Source: Candidatus Saccharimonadota bacterium
Lineage (GTDB): Archaea > Nanobdellota > Nanobdellia > Pacearchaeales > GW2011-AR1
DNA length: 32,000 nt
Assembly (NCBI GenBank): GCA_026002795.1
Contig: BPGA01000001.1
Coordinates: 180,001 to 212,000 of the forward strand
Reading direction: 5' to 3'
Below are positions 16,513 through 25,638 of this stretch, one piece after another; the stretch's first letter is position 1, and each line of letters begins with the position of its first letter. The position numbers and the translations under genes are program-made. The notes below the pieces were generated by a model. It searched no databases. It worked only from the letters and a program-made list of their open reading frames with translations, and was not told where the DNA came from.

Positions 16513-17082
16513 ATGAGATTGTTTGGTAAAAAAGAAAAAAAAGAGGAACCAGAAAAATTGCCTCCTCTACCAAAGCTTCCAGAAATTCCCTCAATGCATG
16601 AGGATTATGATGAAAGCATTTATCAGGATTATCCAGAAAATCCTGAATTACAAGAGGACAATTTTCAGGCAGAATTCCCTGATTTAAGAGATTATAAGGA
16701 TAAGTTTGGTTTTGAAAAGGATATTAAAAAAGCTGTTTCTGGAGAAGAAGATTTGGAAGAAATTCAAGAAAGCCAAGTTCAAATGCCGACAGAAAGAAAA
16801 CTTTTCAGAGAAGAAATTCTTGAAGAAACACCAATAAAAACACAAAATTTAAGTGTATTAAAAAGAACAGAGCCTGTTTTTGTGAGGATTGATAAGTTTA
16901 AAGAAGCTTTAAATGCTTTTTCAGAAGCTAAAAACAAAATTTCTGAAATTGAAAAAATTTTGAACGAAGTAAAAGCAGTAAGAGAAAAAGAAGAGAGAGA
17001 AATTCAAGAGTGGGAAAAAGAATTATCTTCAATAAAACAGCAAATAGAAAAAATAGACTCTGAAATTTTTTCTAGGGTTTAA
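16513..17082 (+). CDS. acidic N-terminus plus C-terminal coiled-coil protein, 189 aa, unknown function
   Basis: Pro/Glu/Asp-rich N-terminal half. The C-terminal PVFVRIDKFKEALNAF... region shows heptad-like repeats. Confidence 0.55.
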   Translation: MRLFGKKEKKEEPEKLPPLPKLPEIPSMHEDYDESIYQDYPENPELQEDNFQAEFPDLRDYKDKFGFEKDIKKAVSGEEDLEEIQESQVQMPTERKLFREEILEETPIKTQNLSVLKRTEPVFVRIDKFKEALNAFSEAKNKISEIEKILNEVKAVREKEEREIQEWEKELSSIKQQIEKIDSEIFSRV

Positions 17083-17469
17083 ATGGCAAAAAAAAAGGAA
17101 GAAAATCCTATACATATAAGGTTTGAGTATTTTGATTCTCTTAGAATGAGAAAAAATATCTTGATTTTAGAAGAACTTATTTTAAAAATGACAAAAAGAG
17201 TAAATTTTTATTTTTCGGAAAGACAAAAAGAATTGAATTTAAAAATGTTATTGTATAAAAAATTTAAAGATTTAAAATCTCTTTTGAACTCAAGCCAAAA
17301 AAGACTTCCAAATATTAAAGATCAAAAAATATTTTTTGAAGAATCATTAGGTTATCAAAAAGAAGAAAAAGAAGAGATAATAAAAAAAGGAAAAAAAGAG
17401 TTAAGTATAGAAGAGCAATTAAAAGAAATACAAAGAAAACTTGAAGAACTTCAAAAACAAGGTGTATAA
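17083..17469 (+). CDS. coiled-coil protein, 128 aa, unknown function
   Basis: The ATG directly abuts the upstream TAA (gtt taa atg). Helical, Lys/Glu-rich. Confidence 0.5.
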   Translation: MAKKKEENPIHIRFEYFDSLRMRKNILILEELILKMTKRVNFYFSERQKELNLKMLLYKKFKDLKSLLNSSQKRLPNIKDQKIFFEESLGYQKEEKEEIIKKGKKELSIEEQLKEIQRKLEELQKQGV

Positions 17470-17538
17470 AAAATAGAAAAAATTTCTTAAGATTTTTAAA
17501 ATAGATTAATTTTTAAAATTATTTATTTTTTAATAATT

Positions 17539-19317
17539 ATGATAACGAGGAAAAAATTAATAGAGAGTTATCTAAATTTCTTTAAAGGTAAAAATCATAA
17601 AATTATTCCTTCTGCTTCTCTTATTCCTGAAAATGATCCAACTGTACTTTTCACAACAGCTGGAATGCATCCTTTAGTTCCTTATCTTTTAGGAGAAAAG
17701 CACCCTCTTGGAAAAAGACTTGTTAATGTTCAAAAGTGTATTAGGACAACAGACATAGAAGAAGTCGGAGATGAATTTCATCATACCTTCTTTGAAATGC
17801 TGGGAAATTGGTCTTTAGGAGATTATTGGAAAGAAGATGCTATAAAATGGACTTTTGAATTTCATACAAAAATCTTAGGCATACCTTTAGAAAGATATGC
17901 TGTAAGTGTTTTTAAAGGAGATAAAGATGCTCCAGAAGACAAAGAATCAATAAGAGTTTGGCTTTCATTAGGTATTCCAAAAGAGAGGATTGCTTATCTT
18001 CCTAAAGAGAATAACTGGTGGGGGCCGGCAGGAAAAACAGGTCCTTGCGGTCCGGATACTGAAATGTTTTATTGGTTAGGAAAAGAAAAAGCTCCTAAAA
18101 GATTTGATCCAAAAGATAAGAGATGGATTGAGATTGGTAATAATGTTTTTATGGAGTATAATAAAACAAATGAAGGAAATTTCGTTAAACTTAAACAGAA
18201 GAATGTAGATTTTGGTGGTGGCGTTGAAAGAACATTAGCAATATTAAATGGACTTAATGATGATTATCTAACTGAAGTTTTTTTACCTATAATTAAAAAA
18301 ATAGAAGAAATTTCAGGTAAAAAATATGGTGAAAATAAAGAGGAAACAAAAGCAATGAGAATAATTGCGGATCATTTAAAAGCAGCTATATTCATACTTG
18401 CTGATGATAAAAAAATAAAACCTTCAAATAAAGAACAAGGTTATGTTTTAAGAAGATTAATAAGACGAGCTATAAGATACGGAAAAATTTTAGGAATTGA
18501 AAAACCTTTTACAGATTTAATTGTTGACAGCGTAATTGAAATATATCCTGATTATGATGAGTTAAAGAATAACAAAGAGTTTGTTATAAGCCAGTTAAAA
18601 GAAGAAGAGTTAAAATTTACAAAAACTCTTAAAAGGGGTCTAAAAAAATTCGAAGAGTTTACAAATAAGAACATTATTTCTGGAAAAGAAGCATTTCTTC
18701 TTTATCAAAGTTATGGTTTTCCGTTAGAACTTACGCAAGAGTTAGCAAAAGAAAAAGGAATTTCTGTAGATGTTGGGGGATTTAAAAAAGAAGAAGAAAA
18801 ACATCAAAAAATTTCAAAAACAGCTAGCGAAGGTATTTTTAAGTCAGGACTTTCAGATCATTCAGAAAAAACAATAAGGCTTCATACAGCAACACATCTT
18901 TTAAATGAAGCTTTAAGAAAAGTTTTGGATGAAAAAATAAAACAAAGAGGTTCTAATATAACTCCTGAAAGATTAAGATTTGACTTTAATTTCAACAGAA
19001 AACTTTCAAAGGAAGAAATAAAAAAGATTGAAGATCTTGTAAATAAAAAAATAAATGAAGGATTAAAGGTCGTAAGAGAAGAAATGTCCTTAGATGAAGC
19101 TTTGAAATCTGGAGCACAATCTGAATTCGGAACAAAATATCCTGAAAGAGTTAGTGTTTACACAATTTTAGATCCTAGTGAAAAAAGAGGTTGGTTTTCC
19201 AAAGAAATTTGTACTGGACCTCATGTAAAAAATACAAAAGAAATAGGAAAATTTGAAATCATAAAAGAAGAAAGTGTTTCTGCGGGAGTGAGAAGAATTA
19301 AAGCAATTGTAAAATAA
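17539..19317 (+). CDS. alaS: alanyl-tRNA synthetase, bacterial-type, compact 592-aa form ending at the editing domain
   Basis: LFTTAGMHPLVPYLLG, QKCIRTTDIEEVGDEFHHTFFEMLGNWSLGDY, FGGGVERT and GYVLRRLIRRAIRYG. Editing-site HTATHLL and CTGPHV. The protein ends ...SAGVRRIKAIVK, so there is no coiled-coil/C-Ala domain. Confidence 0.9.
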   Translation: MITRKKLIESYLNFFKGKNHKIIPSASLIPENDPTVLFTTAGMHPLVPYLLGEKHPLGKRLVNVQKCIRTTDIEEVGDEFHHTFFEMLGNWSLGDYWKEDAIKWTFEFHTKILGIPLERYAVSVFKGDKDAPEDKESIRVWLSLGIPKERIAYLPKENNWWGPAGKTGPCGPDTEMFYWLGKEKAPKRFDPKDKRWIEIGNNVFMEYNKTNEGNFVKLKQKNVDFGGGVERTLAILNGLNDDYLTEVFLPIIKKIEEISGKKYGENKEETKAMRIIADHLKAAIFILADDKKIKPSNKEQGYVLRRLIRRAIRYGKILGIEKPFTDLIVDSVIEIYPDYDELKNNKEFVISQLKEEELKFTKTLKRGLKKFEEFTNKNIISGKEAFLLYQSYGFPLELTQELAKEKGISVDVGGFKKEEEKHQKISKTASEGIFKSGLSDHSEKTIRLHTATHLLNEALRKVLDEKIKQRGSNITPERLRFDFNFNRKLSKEEIKKIEDLVNKKINEGLKVVREEMSLDEALKSGAQSEFGTKYPERVSVYTILDPSEKRGWFSKEICTGPHVKNTKEIGKFEIIKEESVSAGVRRIKAIVK

Positions 19318-19331
19318 TTTTTTAATTTTAG

Positions 19332-20414
19332 TTATTCTATATAATAATTTTCTGTTAATCCGTATTTTTCTTTTAGTGAATTGTATTTAGAATTTTTGAA
19401 TAGGAGAAAATCGCCAGATCTAAAACGCTCCATGAACTTTGCGTCTTTGTATTCTCTTAGATTTTTTGGCAGTGATTTTCCGTAAGAAATCGGAATTATT
19501 TCTGGATAAGATTCTAGTTTTATTCCACCTATGTACTCTATGCTGCTATCAGAAATTATTGCCGGTCCCGATGTTTCTATAAAACAATATCCTGTGTTTT
19601 TGTAGCTGTATTCTACAGGACATTTTACTCCAACAGCTTCGTGATTTTCTTTTTTATTATAAAAGATAACAACATCATAACCCATTTCTTTTAAAATTAA
19701 AGCCAGTAGAGTTGTTTTTTCTCCACAAATTCCTGCGTTTTCATAAATAACTTCATAAGGATATCTTGAGTAGTTAACTTCTATACCTTCTATTAAAATT
19801 TTTTCTGATGAAAAATTATAAGGAATGTTTTGAACAATGCTTACTGCCGCTCTTAACTGATTTTCAGGGGTTTTTTCAGAATTTTGTATAGCGACAATTA
19901 AAGGATTAAGAAATTCTAGCTGAAGTTCTTCATTAATTGATCTTTTTTTAAAATCTGCTCTTGTTGGAACTCCAGATTCGTCATAAGAAATTATCCTACT
20001 TAAATTTCCTACATAATCTTTTATCCCTTTATAAGCTAAAAAACTAATTTCTTTTTGTTTTCCGTCGATAAAATATTTAAAATTTAAATTTTTTGGTTCT
20101 GTCATGTAATAATTATTAACACAAGAATCTCCTTTTCTTTCTAAATTTTCATTACAACCACAAATACTTGCTTTTTCAACAAGTGTTCCGTTATCACAGA
20201 AATATGGTTTTCTTAGAGAACAAAATCCGTGAAGTGTACCGTCGCCACAAGTTAAAATTTCTTTTTTTGAAGAGGATATAGCAATGTCTAAAGCTAAAGC
20301 TGTTAAAATTGTAACAATGAAAACTATTATAAAAAAATATTTTGGTTCAAGAATCCATGGTTTTTTTTCTTCTAAATTATATTTTCCCCCCAATTCTTCT
20401 ATTTTTTTAGGCAT
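19332..20414 (-). CDS. membrane-anchored, Cys-rich extracellular protein with a transglutaminase-like cysteine-protease core (tentative)
   Basis: N-terminal TM helix. Cys-rich stretch CGDGTLHGFCSLRKPYFCDNGT...CGCNENLERKGDSC. AGICGEKTTLLALILKEMGYDVVIF...NHEAVGV resembles the transglutaminase-core Cys/His arrangement. Confidence 0.55.
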   Translation of the reverse strand: MPKKIEELGGKYNLEEKKPWILEPKYFFIIVFIVTILTALALDIAISSSKKEILTCGDGTLHGFCSLRKPYFCDNGTLVEKASICGCNENLERKGDSCVNNYYMTEPKNLNFKYFIDGKQKEISFLAYKGIKDYVGNLSRIISYDESGVPTRADFKKRSINEELQLEFLNPLIVAIQNSEKTPENQLRAAVSIVQNIPYNFSSEKILIEGIEVNYSRYPYEVIYENAGICGEKTTLLALILKEMGYDVVIFYNKKENHEAVGVKCPVEYSYKNTGYCFIETSGPAIISDSSIEYIGGIKLESYPEIIPISYGKSLPKNLREYKDAKFMERFRSGDFLLFKNSKYNSLKEKYGLTENYYIE

Positions 20415-20417
20415 TTT

Positions 20418-22874
20418 TTATTCAACATAAATTCCTGGTTTTCCTGGACGTGCTTTTTTTGATTTATTCTCTGGATCGTATTTTTTTGGGTCACTAGCAG
20501 AAAAAACAATTATCTCTGAATTAATTTTTTTACCTAGTAATTTAGAATTTTCCTTAAAAAGGTTCAACTCTGAAGGAATTGTATAAAGATAAACTTTTGA
20601 GAATTTTTTATTTGTTTTTTTAAAAATGTTTATAATGTTTTTTAGATCTTCATAAAGATTTTCAATAATTTTATCTTCTTCCTCAAATTTTTTGTTTATT
20701 TTATTTTCATCATATTTTGGCCATTTTTCTAGAGAAATAAAGTTTTTGTTTCCTAATCTTTCCCACAACTCTTCAGTTAAATGAGGACAAAATGGATGTA
20801 AAAGTTTAAGAAAAGTTTCTGCATCTTCTTTTGAAATTTCTTGATTAGTTATCTCTTCAAACAAAGATCTCAATTTAATTATAGCAATATTGTAATTTAA
20901 GTTTTCTATATTTTCAGTTACTTCTTTTATTGTTTTGTTTATTTTGCTTTCTGTTTTTTCTTTAGTTTTACCTAATTTTATGTTTAGAAAGAAGTAAAAA
21001 ACATTTGATAAGAATTTGTGAGAACTTTCTATCCCTAAAGAATTCCATGAAGTATCTTTATCTGGAGAGGCCATTGAAACTAAAAAAAACCTTAAAGAGT
21101 CTGAGCCGTATTTTTTAACAATATCTAAAGGATCAACTACATTTCCTCTAGATTTAGACATAACATAACCATCTTCTCCGTGAATCATTCCTTGATTAAA
21201 GAGTCTTGTAAAGGGTTCATTAAATTTTACCAAGCCGAGATCTCTTAAAAACTTTAAAATAAATCTTGAATAAATTAAATGCATTGTTGCGTGCTCAGCC
21301 CCACCAACATAAAAATCAACGGGCATCCAGTATTCAACTTTCTTTTTATCAAAAATTTCGTTTTTGTTTTTATTGTCACAAAATCTTAAATAGTACCAAC
21401 TACTATCAAAAAAAGTATCCATAGTATCTGTCTCTCTTCTAGCTTTTCCATTGCATTTAGGACATTTTGTATTAACAAATTTTTTATTTGTAGAAAGTGG
21501 ATTTCCTTTTCCGAAGATAACTTTTTTTGGAAGAAGAACTGGTAAATCTTTTTCAGGCACTGGAACAATTCCGCATTTATTGCAATAGATTATTGGAATT
21601 GGAGTACCCCAATATCTTTGCCTCGATATAAGCCAATCTTTAAGTTTATATAATGTTTTTTTTCTTGCTAATCCTTTTTCATTAAGGGCAATGAAAATGT
21701 GTTCTTTGGCCTCTTCTGTATAAAGTCCTGAAAATTCTTTTGAATTTATCAAAATTCCTGAAGATGTATAAGCTTCGTTTAGATTTTTTATTTCTTTATC
21801 TATAGGCTTTACAACTTGTTTAATAGGAAGATTATATTTTTTAGCAAATTCAAAATCTCTTTCATCATGAGCAGGAACGCCCATAACAATTCCTGATCCG
21901 TAATCAGCAAGAACAAAATTTCCAACCCAAATTGGAATTTTTTCTTTTGTAAATGGGTGCAAAGCATAACTTCCTGTGAAAGCACCTTCTTTTTCAATCT
22001 GAGTTTTTTGACTAACTGATTTAATCTTTTTCAAAAATTTTTCAACATCTTTTTTATTTTTTTCAGAAACAATATCAAAAAGTTTTGGATGTTGTGCGCT
22101 TATAACCATAAATGTGACGCCAAAAATTGTATCTGGCCTTGTCGTAAATACAGGCCATTTTTCTCCGTTAATTTCAAAAATAATTTCATAACCATCACTT
22201 TTTCCTATCCAATTTCTTTGCATTGTCTTTATTTTTTCTGGCCAATTTAATTTTTCTATTTCTTTTAAAAGTTCTTCTGCATACTCTGTTATTTTTAAAA
22301 ACCATTGTTCTAGATATTTTATTTCTACATCTGTATCTTGATGGCGCCAACATTTTCCGTTATGAACTTGTTCATTTGCAAGAACTGTCTCACACTTTGA
22401 ACAAAAATTAACTGCAGATTTTTTTCTATATGCAAGACCTTTTTCAAACATTTTAAGAAATATCCATTGATTCCATTTATAGTAGTTAGGATCATGACTC
22501 CACAAAAGTCTAGACCAATCATAACTAAAACCTAGTTTTTTTTGTTGTGTAATAAAGTTTTTTATTGCTGAATTAGTAAACTTTTCTGGGTGGGTTTTTG
22601 TTTTTATAGCTGCATTTTCAGCAGGCAATCCAAAAGAATCATATCCTACTGGATACAAAACGTTAAATCCGTTCATTCTTTTAAACCTTGCATAAATATC
22701 TCCTATTGTATAATTGAAGGCGTGGCCCATATGCAATCCAGAACTAGACGGATAAGGATACATTTCAAGACAGTAAAATTTTTTTCCTTTGTATTCTTTA
22801 ACTTCGAAAATTTTACTCTTTTCCCATTTTTTCTGCCATTTTTCTTCTATTGCCTTAAATTGATATTTTTTCAT
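20418..22874 (-). CDS. leuS: leucyl-tRNA synthetase, bacterial-type
   Basis: YPYPSSSGLHMGHAFNY (HIGH), YPVGYDSFGLPAENAAIK (bacterial LeuRS signature), VMSKSRGNVV (KMSKS). I prefer the ATG at 22874 (MKKYQFKAIEEKW...) over the track's TTG at 22892. Confidence 0.92.
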   Translation of the reverse strand: MKKYQFKAIEEKWQKKWEKSKIFEVKEYKGKKFYCLEMYPYPSSSGLHMGHAFNYTIGDIYARFKRMNGFNVLYPVGYDSFGLPAENAAIKTKTHPEKFTNSAIKNFITQQKKLGFSYDWSRLLWSHDPNYYKWNQWIFLKMFEKGLAYRKKSAVNFCSKCETVLANEQVHNGKCWRHQDTDVEIKYLEQWFLKITEYAEELLKEIEKLNWPEKIKTMQRNWIGKSDGYEIIFEINGEKWPVFTTRPDTIFGVTFMVISAQHPKLFDIVSEKNKKDVEKFLKKIKSVSQKTQIEKEGAFTGSYALHPFTKEKIPIWVGNFVLADYGSGIVMGVPAHDERDFEFAKKYNLPIKQVVKPIDKEIKNLNEAYTSSGILINSKEFSGLYTEEAKEHIFIALNEKGLARKKTLYKLKDWLISRQRYWGTPIPIIYCNKCGIVPVPEKDLPVLLPKKVIFGKGNPLSTNKKFVNTKCPKCNGKARRETDTMDTFFDSSWYYLRFCDNKNKNEIFDKKKVEYWMPVDFYVGGAEHATMHLIYSRFILKFLRDLGLVKFNEPFTRLFNQGMIHGEDGYVMSKSRGNVVDPLDIVKKYGSDSLRFFLVSMASPDKDTSWNSLGIESSHKFLSNVFYFFLNIKLGKTKEKTESKINKTIKEVTENIENLNYNIAIIKLRSLFEEITNQEISKEDAETFLKLLHPFCPHLTEELWERLGNKNFISLEKWPKYDENKINKKFEEEDKIIENLYEDLKNIINIFKKTNKKFSKVYLYTIPSELNLFKENSKLLGKKINSEIIVFSASDPKKYDPENKSKKARPGKPGIYVE

Positions 22875-22955
22875 TTTAATATTTAATATCAAATAAATTT
22901 AAAAATTATTTGTATTCTTGTTAATCTTTAAATACATTAGAATCTTTTTCTTTTT

Positions 22956-23474
22956 ATGAAAAAAATAAATTTGTTTTTAGTCGGTCAGAAAATTTTTTCT
23001 AATTCAGAAGAGGCATTTTTATTAAATAAAAAAAGTTATTTTGGTGAAAATGTTGACGGCAAAATAGTTTATTCTTTATGTGAAGCTCTTTTTTTGATAG
23101 AAGAAAATAAAGCAACGGTTTTAAGCAAAAAAAAGAAACTAAGTTTTAATGATTTAATAAAAAAATTTGTTAGATATGATTCTAGATTAATGGTAAAATA
23201 TGTAGTTTTTAAAGATCTAAGAAAAAAAGGTTATATAGTAAAAACAGCTTTAAAATACGGTGCTGATTTTAGGGTTTATGAAAAAGGGAAAAAACCTGGC
23301 AAAGAACATGCGAAGTGGATTGTCTTTTGCGATAGTGAAAGTAAAAAAATAAATTGGGTTGATTTTTCTGCAAGAAACAGAATCGCAAACTCTGTAAAGA
23401 AAAAACTTTTAATAGCAATAGTTGATGAAGAGGGTGATATAACTTATTATGAAGTTAGTTGGGTAAAACCTTAA
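22956..23474 (+). CDS. endA: tRNA-splicing endonuclease, short homotetramer-type subunit
   Basis: LRKKGYIVKTALKYGADFRVYEKG...HAKWIV matches the EndA catalytic region (Tyr/His, with Lys further on). Length is 172 aa. Confidence 0.85.
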   Translation: MKKINLFLVGQKIFSNSEEAFLLNKKSYFGENVDGKIVYSLCEALFLIEENKATVLSKKKKLSFNDLIKKFVRYDSRLMVKYVVFKDLRKKGYIVKTALKYGADFRVYEKGKKPGKEHAKWIVFCDSESKKINWVDFSARNRIANSVKKKLLIAIVDEEGDITYYEVSWVKP

Positions 23475-23493
23475 ATAAAAATTAATTTTTAAA

Positions 23494-24336
23494 ATGGAAA
23501 AAGATGCTGCAAAAATAAAAGAAGAAATTTTGAATATATTAAGAAAAGAAGGTCCAAATATTCCTGCAACAATCTCAAAAAAAATAAATCAAAGTATACT
23601 TTTTACTTCTGCATTTTTGTCAGAGCTTTTTTCTGAAAAAAAAGTAAAAATGAGTAATTTAAGAATTGGAAGCTCTCCTTTATATTTTTTAGATGGTCAA
23701 GAGCATTTGTTAGAGGGGTTTTCTGATTTTTTAAAAGGTAAAGAAAAAGAAGCTTTCCTTCTTTTAAAAGACAAAAAGTTTTTGAAAGACTCTGAATTAG
23801 AGCCAGCAATTAGGGTTGCTTTAAGGCAGATTCGAGATTTTGCTATTCCTTTTTACAATAATAATGAAATCTATTGGAGATTTTTTTTAGTTCCTGAAGA
23901 AGAATTTTATAGAATTAAAGAAGAAAAGAAAGAAGAAGAAATTAAGAGTACTCAGACTAACGAAAACTATAAAATTAAAGAAAAAAGAAAAGAAACAAAA
24001 GTAAGGTCTGAATCAAAAAAATCAAGATTAAAAAAAGAAAAAGAGAGTTTTTTCAATAAAGTTAAAGAGAAAATTAGTTCTAAGAATGAAGAGATTGTTG
24101 ATATTTTGGATTTCAAAAAAAATGAAATCGTTTTAAAAGTTAAAAAAGAAAATAAAGAAAAAATTGTTTTTGTTTTCAATAAAAAAAAGCTTTCAGAAAA
24201 CGATTTTATTAACGCTTTTAAAAGATCAAAAGAATTTAATTTACCTTATGAAATTATCTTTTTTGGAAAGGTTAATAATAAATTTAATGAGTTTATAACT
24301 GCTTTAAAAGAGCTTTCTTCTATCGAGGGCCGATAG
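23494..24336 (+). CDS. winged-helix N-terminal domain protein with a Lys/Glu-rich linker, 280 aa, unknown function
   Basis: KIKEEILNILRKEGPNIPATISKKINQSILFTSAFLSELFSEKKVKMSNLRIGSSPLYFL looks like a wHTH. No Cys, so it is not a TFE-beta-type FeS protein. The C-terminal domain is unrecognised. Confidence 0.5.
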   Translation: MEKDAAKIKEEILNILRKEGPNIPATISKKINQSILFTSAFLSELFSEKKVKMSNLRIGSSPLYFLDGQEHLLEGFSDFLKGKEKEAFLLLKDKKFLKDSELEPAIRVALRQIRDFAIPFYNNNEIYWRFFLVPEEEFYRIKEEKKEEEIKSTQTNENYKIKEKRKETKVRSESKKSRLKKEKESFFNKVKEKISSKNEEIVDILDFKKNEIVLKVKKENKEKIVFVFNKKKLSENDFINAFKRSKEFNLPYEIIFFGKVNNKFNEFITALKELSSIEGR

Positions 24337-24371
24337 TAAAGTTTTAAAAATAGGCTTTAGTAGGTTATAGA

Positions 24372-24569
24372 ATGGGTAAAATAAAATCTAAACTAATTAA
24401 GAGAACAGCTCATGAGTTAATACAAAAAGGAATAGAGTTTACAGATAGTTTTGAAGAAAACAAAAAAATACTTGGCAATACAATGCCAAGCAAAAAAATA
24501 AGAAACCAGATTGCTGGTTATTTAGCAAGACTAAAGAAGTTGGAAAAGGCAAAAAGTATTAGTTCTTAG
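24372..24569 (+). CDS. rps17e: 30S ribosomal protein S17e (eS17)
   Basis: MGKIKSKLIKRTAHELIQK...FEENKKIL...KKIRNQIAGYLARL matches the archaeal eS17 pattern. Length is 65 aa. Confidence 0.85.
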   Translation: MGKIKSKLIKRTAHELIQKGIEFTDSFEENKKILGNTMPSKKIRNQIAGYLARLKKLEKAKSISS

Positions 24570-24638
24570 CAAGCAAAATAGTAAGCAAAATCCAAAAAAA
24601 CTTTTAAAGATTTTAGATTTTTAAAATAAAAATTAAAA

Positions 24639-24710
24639 GGCTGCATAGTTCAGCGGTAGAACGCCTGTCTCATGAGCAGGAAGTCCCAGGTTCAACTCCT
24701 GGTGCAGCCA
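24639..24710 (+). tRNA. elongator-type tRNA with anticodon CAU (Met, or Ile2 if the wobble C is modified)
   Basis: Cloverleaf: GGCTGCA/TGCAGCC acceptor, GTTC-AGCGGTA-GAAC, CCTGT-CTCATGA-GCAGG, AAGTC, CCAGG-TTCAACT-CCTGG, discriminator A. The G1:C72 pair argues against an archaeal initiator. Confidence 0.88.
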
Positions 24711-24735
24711 TAAAATTTAAAATATAAAGTTTAAA

Positions 24736-25125
24736 ATGAGCATAAAACTTTTGAAAGATTTTATTGAAAGTAGAAAAATTGCAAGAATTTTAGTTTTTTT
24801 AATTGCACTAGAAATATTTTATTTTTCTTCTTTAGAAGGAGATAAGATTCAAAATTCAGTTTTCAGTTTATCTGTGATTTATCATTTTTCTGTTTTTTTC
24901 TTATTGAATTTTTTTTTGTTAGTTTCATTAAATAACAAAAAAAGAATTAAAATTTCTTTATTTTTATTTTCCATTTTTTTATCATTAGTTTATTCTATAC
25001 TTGATGAAATACACCAGGTTTTTGTACCTTTTAGAGATGCTTCTTTACATGATATTTTAGTGAACAATTTAGGGATTTTTTCTTCTTCTTTAGTTTATAT
25101 TAGATTAAAGAACCACAACAGATAA
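24736..25125 (+). CDS. VanZ-like membrane protein
   Basis: Four TM segments plus ILDEIHQVFVPFRDASLHDILVNNLGIF, which is the VanZ-family signature. Confidence 0.7.
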   Translation: MSIKLLKDFIESRKIARILVFLIALEIFYFSSLEGDKIQNSVFSLSVIYHFSVFFLLNFFLLVSLNNKKRIKISLFLFSIFLSLVYSILDEIHQVFVPFRDASLHDILVNNLGIFSSSLVYIRLKNHNR

Positions 25126-25138
25126 GTTTATAAAAACT

Positions 25139-25486
25139 TTAAAAAAGATGTGATTTTAATTTCTCTCCTTTTCTTCTTGGTATAATGTGAAGATGAAAAT
25201 GTTTAACAATCTGACCAGCAACTTCTGAATTGTTGTTAACTAGATTAAATCCTTCAAAAGGTTTTTCTTTTTTTATTATAGAAATTGTTTCTTTAACACA
25301 TTCTATAAGATCATCTCCTAAATTATTTCTTAAATCTAAAAAATTTTCAAAGTGTTCTTTAGAAATAACTAAAGAATGTCCTTCTGATACCGGATTTATG
25401 TCAAAAATAGAAAAAAAATTTTTATTCTCGTAGATTTTTCTAGATTTTATTTCGCCTTTAGAGATTTTACAAAAAATACATTCCAT
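25139..25486 (-). CDS. HIT (histidine triad) family nucleotide hydrolase/transferase
   Basis: CIFCKI N-terminus and the histidine triad HFHLHIIPR. Confidence 0.88.
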   Translation of the reverse strand: MECIFCKISKGEIKSRKIYENKNFFSIFDINPVSEGHSLVISKEHFENFLDLRNNLGDDLIECVKETISIIKKEKPFEGFNLVNNNSEVAGQIVKHFHLHIIPRRKGEKLKSHLF

Positions 25487-25542
25487 AAGTATAAAGAAGA
25501 TAAAAAAATCATTGCGATAATTCGCTCATTTTTTTTAAAAAT

Positions 25543-25638
25543 TTATCTTCTTCTTGATCTTCTTCTTGAGCTCCTTGAACTTCTAGAGCTTCTAGATGTT
25601 CTTTTTGAACTTCTCGATGCTCTTCTTCTTGCTGCCAT
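25543..25638 (-). CDS. candidate unannotated 31-aa Arg/Ser-rich peptide (MAARRRASRSSKRTSRSSRSSRSSRRRSRRR)
   Basis: My own translation. The ATG at 25638 is preceded by GAGGTGA (25648..25642) and an AAAA spacer. This is the same SD architecture as three confident genes in this window. A TTTAAATA box lies at 25691..25684. The DNA is low-complexity, so the reading frame is uncertain. Confidence 0.35.
   Translation of the reverse strand: MAARRRASRSSKRTSRSSRSSRSSRRRSRRR

Noticed and set aside
21386-22886. Five short ORFs (21386..21568, 21809..21997, 22223..22411, 22325..22522, 22590..22886) overlapping leuS
   Set aside because: All are alternative-frame or antisense ORFs within a LeuRS CDS whose motifs are continuous. 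None has a recognisable motif.
22875-22892. TTG-extended start of leuS (MILNIK...), and likewise the TTG at 27656 for the wHTH gene
   Set aside because: In both cases an in-frame ATG lies a few codons downstream and gives a conventional N-terminus. For the wHTH gene, the G-rich SD-like element is correctly spaced only for the ATG at 27665.
23603-24179. Minus-strand ORFs 23603..23809 and 23967..24179
   Set aside because: They are antisense to the 280-aa wHTH protein gene. The second mirrors its Lys/Glu-rich linker, giving a Phe/Leu/Ser-rich artefact.
25230-25433. Plus-strand 67-aa ORF inside the HIT gene
   Set aside because: It is antisense to a CDS carrying the HxHxHxx histidine triad.
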